NCBI GenBank assembly: GCA_963704705.1
Contig: OY969931.1
Coordinates: 360,001-392,000 of the forward strand
Direction: 5' to 3'
From: an uncultured bacterium
GTDB taxonomy: Bacteria; Patescibacteriota; Gracilibacteria; UBA1369; PNNO01
DNA: 32,000 nucleotides
Shown: positions 24,772 to 32,000 of the stretch, piece by piece
How the letters are laid out: the number at the start of each line of letters is the position of its first letter
Position numbering within the stretch: the stretch's first letter is position 1
Position numbers and translations under genes: made by a program
The notes under the pieces: model-generated
Seen by the model: the letters and a program-made list of their open reading frames with translations, nothing else
Told to the model about the DNA's origin: nothing
Database searches by the model: none

Positions 24772-25131
24772 TTAAAGATAAAGAAATTCTTTGAAGTCGT
24801 TAATATTGAATAAATAGATTTCACTGTTTTCAGTGCATCTTGCGATTGTTTCACGAGGTATATCTTCTATAAGAGCCATTTCTCCAAAAAAATTATCAGG
24901 ATAATGCTTTTCAGTCTGAATTAACTGACCATTTTGATCTTTTTTAAGCATTTCAACCATTCCTGATTTTATCACATAAAAGTGCGTACTTTCATCCCCA
25001 ATTTGATATATTGAGCAATTTTTAGGATAACCCATAAGTACTGCCGTTTTTGTAGCGTCTTTAAGGTCATCTTCATCGATTTCGCTTAGGGCAGGAATAT
25101 TTTTTAGGATTTTAAACAAAGGAGAATCCAT
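24772..25131 (-). CDS. Second stand-alone cyclic nucleotide-binding-domain protein
   Basis: GDESTHFYVIKSGMVEML and DNFFGEMALIEDIPRETIARCTENSEIYLF. Confidence 0.9.
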   Translation of the reverse strand: MDSPLFKILKNIPALSEIDEDDLKDATKTAVLMGYPKNCSIYQIGDESTHFYVIKSGMVEMLKKDQNGQLIQTEKHYPDNFFGEMALIEDIPRETIARCTENSEIYLFNINDFKEFLYL

Positions 25132-25197
25132 TTATTTGTGATTTTTATTTATGTATATTATACCATAAATAAGCGAAAAATCAAGTTGTGTAGCTAA

Positions 25198-26139
25198 TTA
25201 ATCTTCAATTTTCTGGCCTCTGGCAGTAGTCAATTCCTCAGATGTAAAATCAAGAAAGGTATATGTCCAGACCGAAACTGAAAATACATGTACAACCGCG
25301 GCAAGATAAGATGCGAATAATAGCAATAAGAAGCTGAAAATCGCTAAAATTATAAGCCCGTATTCAGGCAGAGAAATAGAAGCGTAATAGGTGAGTCCGG
25401 TAATAATTGCAAGTGGAATAATAATAACCAGAATTATCTGAATTAGTATTCGAATGGCTATTATCAGCATCAATATTACCAGCATAAAAGTTTGCTGAAT
25501 ATTTAAAATAACCAATGTACAGCTCTTAATTATTGCGCTTGATACACTTATTTCATCAATAATTATGTAGTATTCGGCAAAAGTAAAAAGAATGTGAAGA
25601 ATAAATGCTGCAACAGCAACAACTACAAATACGGGAATTAATCCCTGAAATACATTCAGCCCAAGGTTTCTTAAAACAAATGCGGCTTCTGCGCTAATGG
25701 AAATAAAGCTGAAAGTTCTGATTAATAATGAATATTCAAATAAAGGTAAAAATCGTAAAGCTCCGTAATTAACCCCTTCTCCCAAATTCACTTTTTGCCC
25801 GTGACGGCGTCTTGAAATTACTTGAATCATTGAAGCATCAAGCAAAACAGGTAAAAGTAAGAATAATATTAAAATAATGACGCCAATAATTATTAATGGG
25901 ATACTTATATCAAAATTATCTTTAACAAAATTTAAAATAGTTGTTGCGAGTTGAAACAAAAAGCTTTCTCCGGAATCATTAAATAGAGGAGAGGATTTAA
26001 AAGCCAATATTTGGTAGCCAACATACAGAATCCCCACAAAAGTTGTTAAAAGTGCAGGTATAAATCCATACCAGACAATTAATTTTTTATTATTCTGTGT
26101 AAATTGCCACGCTTCGTAGATGCGCTCTTTATATTTCAC
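25198..26139 (-). CDS. Hypothetical polytopic membrane protein
   Basis: Multiple long hydrophobic helices and a complete 313 aa ORF. No specific family recognised. Confidence 0.7.
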   Translation of the reverse strand: MKYKERIYEAWQFTQNNKKLIVWYGFIPALLTTFVGILYVGYQILAFKSSPLFNDSGESFLFQLATTILNFVKDNFDISIPLIIIGVIILILFLLLPVLLDASMIQVISRRRHGQKVNLGEGVNYGALRFLPLFEYSLLIRTFSFISISAEAAFVLRNLGLNVFQGLIPVFVVVAVAAFILHILFTFAEYYIIIDEISVSSAIIKSCTLVILNIQQTFMLVILMLIIAIRILIQIILVIIIPLAIITGLTYYASISLPEYGLIILAIFSFLLLLFASYLAAVVHVFSVSVWTYTFLDFTSEELTTARGQKIED

Positions 26140-26279
26140 TAAAGAGGTTTTAATACTTTCTTATCTATTTTAGAACCTTCACAATTAAAATCAAGTACGC
26201 GTTTTTTTAAGTTTTGGTTTTTCTTTGACACACCTATAAAAAGAACTTATAGTAACCAACGGGTAAATAAAGCTTTATT

Positions 26280-27212
26280 ATGGCTATTAAAGAAGATATT
26301 ACAAAATCAGTAACTCACGATGGGCTTTTATGGCAAAATATTATTAAGCCAACAGAAAAATCAACTCAAAATTTAAGTAAAAAATATAAATTTCATCATC
26401 TTGATCTGGAAGATTGTTTGTCGAAAATTCAGAGACCTAAAATTGATGATTATGACAAATATTTATTTATCGTTTTGCATTTTCCTTATTATGACAAAAC
26501 CACGGACAGCATTATGCAGGATGAAATAGATATTTTTGTTGGGACGAATTATTTTATTACATTAAGTCCGGGCAATAAGATTTTACAGAAAATTTTCGAT
26601 AAAGTTAAAAGAAGCAAAAAACTAAAAGAGGAATTTATGGGTGAAACATCCGGATATCTTTTATATAAAATTATAGATGAGATGTTTGCGGCTTGTTTTC
26701 CGCTTCTTGATAATATTACTGCTGAAATCGATGAACTTGAAAGCGGTGTTTTTGAGCTTGAGAAACCAAAAGACATGCTTAAAGAAATACTTTCTACCAA
26801 AAAAGATATAATTAATTATAGAAGAATAATTATTCCGCAAAGAACACTTATTGCGCAGCTGGAACATAAAAACAAGAAATTTCTACCTGAAAATTTGGAT
26901 GTATATTTCGATGATGTTGTTGATAAAGTCGAAAAGCTTTATAGCAATTTGGAGAGTTTGTGGGATATTATTGCTTCGCTTCACGAAACAAATGAATCAA
27001 TTCTTTCTCATAATACAAACAACGTAATTAAAATCCTTACGATTTTCAGTGTGATTATGCTTCCTTTAACGTTTGTTACTGGTCTTTATGGAATGAATAT
27101 TACCGGGCTTCCGGTTGCCGAGCATCCAATGGCATTTTTTGTAATAAGCGGGTTTTTGGTTTTAATTGTGCTTGTGATGCTGGTGTTTTTCAGATTTAAA
27201 AAATGGATCTAG
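26280..27212 (+). CDS. corA: CorA-family Mg2+/Co2+ transporter
   Basis: Signature tail LTFVTGLYGMNITGLPVAEHPMAFFVISG and typical N-terminal cytoplasmic domain. Confidence 0.95.
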   Translation: MAIKEDITKSVTHDGLLWQNIIKPTEKSTQNLSKKYKFHHLDLEDCLSKIQRPKIDDYDKYLFIVLHFPYYDKTTDSIMQDEIDIFVGTNYFITLSPGNKILQKIFDKVKRSKKLKEEFMGETSGYLLYKIIDEMFAACFPLLDNITAEIDELESGVFELEKPKDMLKEILSTKKDIINYRRIIIPQRTLIAQLEHKNKKFLPENLDVYFDDVVDKVEKLYSNLESLWDIIASLHETNESILSHNTNNVIKILTIFSVIMLPLTFVTGLYGMNITGLPVAEHPMAFFVISGFLVLIVLVMLVFFRFKKWI

Positions 27213-27514
27213 GAATTTTTTCTGTTAATTCTTTTGGCTTCTTTTTCAAGTAAATAAAGCCGTTTTTGTTGTAATTTTGAAACTGTTTTTTGCAGATCAG
27301 TTATTAAATCCGAAATTTCAGTTATTTTAAATTTACGTTCTTTTTTTACAAAATTAATAAGTTTTCCACTGACTTTTTGAAATAATCTGTATGAAATATT
27401 AGGATGTACAATATCGTTTTTTGAATTTGAAGTACCAATAAATTTCGCACTTATATGCGTTTTTTGTTTTGGATCTTTAGCCGGTTCTTCTTTAGGAATT
27501 GGCTTCCAGTTCAT
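27209..27514 (-). CDS. Hypothetical small charged protein
   Basis: The start codon overlaps the stop of the upstream amidase (TAATG). C-terminal coiled-coil-like KFKITEISDLITDLQKTVSKLQQKRLYLLEKEAKRINRK. Confidence 0.55.
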   Translation of the reverse strand: MNWKPIPKEEPAKDPKQKTHISAKFIGTSNSKNDIVHPNISYRLFQKVSGKLINFVKKERKFKITEISDLITDLQKTVSKLQQKRLYLLEKEAKRINRKNS

Positions 27515-29484
27515 TATTTTACATTAAAAATTAATTTCATACTTTTTCCTTCAATCCATGCAATTTGTTCAATTACAGGTGCAAAATATTCTTCGTAAAT
27601 ACCCGGATGAGACGGAGCTTTAAGGTTAAATAGAAAGTGACCTACCTGACCCGGCTCAACAGATGATTCACTTAAATATCCCATTCTTGTTGATTTTGTG
27701 AATGTACTGATTCTGTCGCGCGGATTATCAGCGCCAAGTGAAATTCTGTTCTGACCAAAGTTTTTCCATGTAATGTTTCCGGTATTTTTTAACTGAACTG
27801 TAGCAACTACTTTCTCACCAACACTTAATAGAGTTTTTGGCGCGGAAATATCAATAAATTCAAAATCGAAATGTGGATTTTCTACGATTGTTGGAATATA
27901 GAAAGGATCTTCGGAAACATGGTTTCCGTTAAATACAGGTTTAAATGGAATATAATAAAAACCTCCTTTTAATTTACTGCTTATTTTAATACTAAATGTG
28001 CCGGTTTCACCTGGCTTCACCAGTTTTTCTGATAATTTTGCACTGGTAACATTAAACGCTTCTTTAATTAAATCATCTGCATCAACGTTTATTCTTGTGT
28101 TGTTATCCCATGTTTTTGTTCCTGTGTTTTTTAATTTGAATACATATTTAATATTTTTTTCAGGTTTAAGATTGATTTCATCTAAAGTGGCAAGATATTC
28201 AAAATCGAATTCTTTTGTTTCTTTGTTTTTTGAAGGGTTATTGTAATCAAAATTACCGTTTAACTGAGCAACTTGACGTCTGATTATCGGCAGGAACTTG
28301 ATTATATTTGTTCCAGGACATGAAGTTGCCATTACTGAATTGTGTCCGATTATATTTGGTAATTTCTGACCTCTAAAATATGATTCACCCATTGGGTCAA
28401 TTCCATATAATTTTGTTTTTTCTGAAATCAATAATTCCAAAGCAGTCAGGACATTTTTATTAAGTTCCTGATCATTATAGTTACCCAGAATTGCTATACC
28501 AATAGAACCCTTGTTTCCAGGACCGGCATGCGCTCCAACCACACCTTCACCACCATATCTTCCTTCATAAATATTTCCATTTTGGTCGATTATATAATTG
28601 TATCCAATGTCTCCCCATCCTTTCGCAATAGTATGATAATAATAAATGTCACGTATTGCTTTTACAGGGTCATCCAGATCCTTAACAGAACCTGTGTGAT
28701 GAATGATTATTTTTTGCATTTTTTCCGGATACTCTAATGGCCAGGTAAGAGTTCTTCCCAGGCTATCTGTTTTTATTACTTTGTTCAATTTAAGTTCATT
28801 TGCGAATCTTGTATAAAAATCCGAAGGTAAATTTACCAATACAGGCTCAGGTTTATCATCTGTATAAAGTCTTAAATCTTCATTCGCTCCCCATTCTGCT
28901 CTTGTTATATATTTAATTCCCTTATTATTTAGTGAAGCTCCCGAAAGCTGGCTGCCGGGTTTATAAATTGCTGATGAGAGCACTTTTGGTACAAGCGGCT
29001 CATCATTCGCATTAATATAAGTAAATTTAATATTTTTAAATATAGGCGAAACGCTTTTATCTTTGGTAGTAAGTGTTACTTTATATTGAAATGATTCCGC
29101 AGTGTTTGCATTTATTATTGCATCCATATGTTCTCCTTCACCTTCATAAGCCACTTGATTCCATTCTCCCCAGGTAATCCCGTCAAAAAATCTTATTTCC
29201 ATTTGTATATCCGTCCCTTTTGGAGTTGTTTGATCCCATTCCAATGCAAGTGAGCTAAACGGGAAATCAGCAACTTCGACATCTGAAGTATAAGTATAAG
29301 TTGAATCTTTATATAATGCTTTTGCGCCATTAACGTCAGCTGATAAATGATTTTCCAATGTTATATTCACATCGTTATTCACATAGCCAAATAGCTCGAA
29401 ATCCTTTTGATTAAGCTCTGTTCCGGCCAATAAAAGCGATATTCCAAATAGAATGATAGCTAACCTTAAAGTATATTTTTTCAT
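27514..29484 (-). CDS. PGRP/N-acetylmuramoyl-L-alanine amidase-domain protein with C-terminal Ig-like domains
   Basis: Signal-like N-terminus; KIIIHHTGSVKDLDDPVKAIRDIYYYHTIAKGWGDIGYNYIIDQNGNIYEGR and IIGHNSVMATSCPG; C-terminal repeats of the type FKLKNTGTKTWDNN / VQLKNTGNITWKNFG. Confidence 0.9.
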   Translation of the reverse strand: MKKYTLRLAIILFGISLLLAGTELNQKDFELFGYVNNDVNITLENHLSADVNGAKALYKDSTYTYTSDVEVADFPFSSLALEWDQTTPKGTDIQMEIRFFDGITWGEWNQVAYEGEGEHMDAIINANTAESFQYKVTLTTKDKSVSPIFKNIKFTYINANDEPLVPKVLSSAIYKPGSQLSGASLNNKGIKYITRAEWGANEDLRLYTDDKPEPVLVNLPSDFYTRFANELKLNKVIKTDSLGRTLTWPLEYPEKMQKIIIHHTGSVKDLDDPVKAIRDIYYYHTIAKGWGDIGYNYIIDQNGNIYEGRYGGEGVVGAHAGPGNKGSIGIAILGNYNDQELNKNVLTALELLISEKTKLYGIDPMGESYFRGQKLPNIIGHNSVMATSCPGTNIIKFLPIIRRQVAQLNGNFDYNNPSKNKETKEFDFEYLATLDEINLKPEKNIKYVFKLKNTGTKTWDNNTRINVDADDLIKEAFNVTSAKLSEKLVKPGETGTFSIKISSKLKGGFYYIPFKPVFNGNHVSEDPFYIPTIVENPHFDFEFIDISAPKTLLSVGEKVVATVQLKNTGNITWKNFGQNRISLGADNPRDRISTFTKSTRMGYLSESSVEPGQVGHFLFNLKAPSHPGIYEEYFAPVIEQIAWIEGKSMKLIFNVK

Positions 29485-29555
29485 TTTATTTTTTTATTTT
29501 CCTTTAATTCTAGCATAAAAACCCAATTTTTTCAATCTCCGTAAGCATAAAAAAG

Positions 29556-29584
29556 TTGACACCTTATTCAATTATACGTACACT
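29556..29584 (+). promoter_or_regulatory. Sigma70-type promoter TTGACA-N17-TACACT
   Basis: Consensus -35 box, 17 nt spacer and good -10 box, 66 nt upstream of the ATG at 29651. Confidence 0.6.
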
Positions 29585-29650
29585 AATTTTGTTAATTTCT
29601 AGCAAGGGCTTTCCCTTTAATACCCACGAAAGGCTTTTTATAAAGCGGCC

Positions 29651-30889
29651 ATGATTTACAATCTAAAATACAAAAAGCAAAACCAGCTTGGTAAGCTTAT
29701 CCTTGAGAAAGAAGGTGAGATTATAATTAATAATGATAATTTTCAGCTTAAAGGAAAAGGTGCTACCGATATTGGCGAAACAATAAACTTTTCCGACATG
29801 AAAGATTGGCGTGTTCGTGAAGAGCACGTTACTTTTACGACTATTTCAAAAGATAAATATACTATGATAAATTTGGGAAATCTTTATAAAGATTTCTTGC
29901 ATGATTTTGTTAAAGCCAGAAATACATTCTTAATGAAGGCTTTATTTATGACCGATGGCGAATTGGTTGCTGAATTTGACGGGGATTATGAGATTTTTAG
30001 TAAATATGAAAAAAGTCTTAGCAAAGGTCATGCTAAACTTGTGTTGTACGATAGAAGCATAGTTATTGTGCCATTTGAACGCGATGCATTCAGTATTTCA
30101 CTTAATTTTTTAAAGAGATTTGATATTGATGATGAATTTTATGAAATTAACCTGATATTAGATCAAGGTTTTATTATTCACTTTAAAAATTTGGGAACCG
30201 CATTTGAAGAATTTAAATCAAAGGTTGAAGAAGTTCAACAGCGGATGTATCAAGATACTATCGATAAACTTAAGGATATTTTATTGGAATTTGATTCAGC
30301 TACTTTAATTAAGCTTGGTTACGAAATGAAACGCGGTAAAGCCGTGAATATTAAAAAAATTAAAAAAATAAACGATAAACTTGTTGATAGCATGAAGGAA
30401 ATTATTCTTCATGATGATCTTGCGAAAAAACATTATGAATATTTTGAAAAAATGGCTGACCCTGAACATATTTATCTTGGAATTAGCCCTGAACCACCAA
30501 AACATCAACCAAAAGGCAACGACACGCAGTTTTCTACCTGGTTTTTTATGGGAATGCCTGATAAAAATCTGGTTGTTGCTGTAATTACAAATGGAGGATA
30601 TAGGGGGATTTATTTCTTTAAAATAATTATGGAGAAAGGTAATGCGAAAGAAAAAGTAGAGGAAAAATTACTCGAAGTTAATCAGGCATTATTGAAAATG
30701 AAATTTGTAACAACAGCATTTTATAAAGATAAAAGGGAACTTAGAAGGTCAGTTTACAGATTTGCACTCCGAAAATTGCCTTATTTGCGTTTATTACGGC
30801 GTTCATATGTTGGTCGTCTTACCCCATTTAATGAGGTGGATTGGGATAAGAGAATTAAAGATATTTTTGATAAGGCTGAACTTAAATAA
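29651..30889 (+). CDS. Hypothetical protein, 412 aa
   Basis: Long complete ORF with its own promoter-like sequence. No family recognised. Confidence 0.7.
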   Translation: MIYNLKYKKQNQLGKLILEKEGEIIINNDNFQLKGKGATDIGETINFSDMKDWRVREEHVTFTTISKDKYTMINLGNLYKDFLHDFVKARNTFLMKALFMTDGELVAEFDGDYEIFSKYEKSLSKGHAKLVLYDRSIVIVPFERDAFSISLNFLKRFDIDDEFYEINLILDQGFIIHFKNLGTAFEEFKSKVEEVQQRMYQDTIDKLKDILLEFDSATLIKLGYEMKRGKAVNIKKIKKINDKLVDSMKEIILHDDLAKKHYEYFEKMADPEHIYLGISPEPPKHQPKGNDTQFSTWFFMGMPDKNLVVAVITNGGYRGIYFFKIIMEKGNAKEKVEEKLLEVNQALLKMKFVTTAFYKDKRELRRSVYRFALRKLPYLRLLRRSYVGRLTPFNEVDWDKRIKDIFDKAELK

Positions 30890-30955
30890 ATTTTTTACTT
30901 TCCAATATTTCTGGTGTACAATAACGTACTGATTTATCCTTTAACATAACTTTTT

Positions 30956-31279
30956 ATGGCTGAAGTTACTTTTACAGATGATAACTTTGAAGCAGAAGTA
31001 AAGAATGCTCAGGGTGTTGTTTTGGTTGATTTCTTTGCTACATGGTGCGGTCCTTGTAAAATGATGGCCCCTGTAATCGATGAACTTTCCGGAGAATTCG
31101 AAGGAAAAGCTAAAATCGGAAAACTTGATGTTGATGAAAACAATAAATCTGCTTCTGAATTCGGAGTACAAAGTATTCCAACTTTAATTCTGTTTAAAGA
31201 CGGAAAGGAAGTAGACAGAATGATCGGATTCCAATCAAAAGAAGTACTAAAAGAAAAGCTTGAAGGAGCTGTCGGCTAA
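30956..31279 (+). CDS. trxA: Thioredoxin
   Basis: VLVDFFATWCGPCKMMAPVIDEL and VQSIPTLILFKDGKEVDRMIG. Confidence 0.97.
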   Translation: MAEVTFTDDNFEAEVKNAQGVVLVDFFATWCGPCKMMAPVIDELSGEFEGKAKIGKLDVDENNKSASEFGVQSIPTLILFKDGKEVDRMIGFQSKEVLKEKLEGAVG

Positions 31280-31299
31280 TTGTTAACCCCTCTAATTAT

Positions 31300-32000
31300 G
31301 GCTGATGTTGTTGAAATTAAACAGCGATTTTTAAATGCTAATAAATATAAACTGATCGCACCTGCAGTTATCGCTCTAATCATTATATTTATTATTATGG
31401 ACGGGTTGGTTAGTGTTCCTGCGGGTCATGTGGGTGTAATTTTTGATCAGGGAAGGGGAGTTCTGGAGCAGGAGATTGGTGAAGGGCTTCACTTAAAGAT
31501 ACCGTTTTGGCAGCAGGCAACTATTATGGATGCGAGAACTCAGGAATATACTATGAGTATTGCTGAAGGAGAAGGCAGTAAATTCAACGACGATAGTATC
31601 GAAAGCAGATCTAAGGACGGCCAGGTTATTTGGGTTGATGCAACAATTCTTTATCATATCGATAAAAATGAAGCTGATAATATTAAAAGAACTTTAGGTA
31701 CAAAAGAAGAATATAATACTAAAATTGTAAGACCGCGTGCTCGCGAAGTGATTCGTGAAGTTGTTGCGCAGTACAATGCTTTGGATTTAGTTTCGGAAAA
31801 ACGTGCTGAAATTGTTGAAGTTATGAATAATGATTTAAAAGAAGCATACGCAAAACATGATATTGTTCTTGAAGAGGTTGTATTAAGAAACGTAACCTAT
31901 TCTGCTGATTTTGCTGATGCTATTGAGCAAAAAGAGGTAGCAAGACAACTCATTAAAACTTCTGAATATCAAAAAGAACAGGCAACAGAACTTAAAGCAA
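31300..32000 (+). CDS. SPFH/prohibitin-family membrane protein, partial (runs off window)
   Basis: Reading from ATG 31300 is open to the window end: MADVVEIKQRFLNANKYKLIAPAVIALIIILFIIMDGLVSVPAGHVGVIFDQGRGVLEQEIGEGLHLKIPFWQQATIMDARTQEYTMSI...VLRNVTYSADFADAIEQKEVARQ. Confidence 0.9.

Noticed and set aside
27998-28246. Plus-strand 82 aa ORF (and 28528..28737)
   Set aside because: Antisense to the Ig-like and PGRP domains of the amidase gene.
30305-31171. Minus-strand ORFs 30305..30508 and 30941..31171
   Set aside because: Antisense to the 412-aa protein and to thioredoxin respectively.
1-32000. CRISPR array, transposon ends, phage genes, tRNA/rRNA genes
   Set aside because: No regularly spaced repeats, no transposase/integrase motifs and no cloverleaf or rRNA-like sequence were seen. 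A tRNAscan/Infernal run would be needed to exclude small RNAs formally.

Overview
This window is a gene-dense, AT-rich bacterial chromosomal segment with about 30 recognisable or plausible protein genes. I found no rRNA, tRNA, CRISPR array, transposase or phage module. I cannot fix the taxon from sequence alone. From left to right it carries: a MFS/HlyD (EmrB/EmrA-like) efflux pair; an HtrA protease; an isoprenylcysteine-methyltransferase-like protein; a small zincin; an acyltransferase; an ArsR-ArsP-like operon with a candidate operator; a GARS-like ATP-grasp enzyme; a GNAT; a large B12-binding/radical SAM protein; a KVEK-repeat secreted protein; a copper-type P-ATPase; an unlisted 56-aa membrane protein; a Fur/Zur-ZIP operon with a 13+3+13 bp inverted repeat; an EamA permease; a CPA2 antiporter; a lipoprotein PPIase; folA-thyA; a tightly overlapping DUF763 - IMPase - UmuD - UmuC operon behind a perfect 18-bp palindrome; an unlisted 20-aa Cys-Cys repeat microprotein; two stand-alone cyclic-nucleotide-binding proteins; CorA; a PGRP-type amidase; thioredoxin; and a partial SPFH/prohibitin protein. 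The strongest leads are the DUF763-IMPase-UmuDC operon with its palindrome and a probably mis-called UmuD start, the CC-repeat microprotein, and the two dyads next to metal regulators. No wholly new defence or mobile system is demonstrable from the sequence alone.
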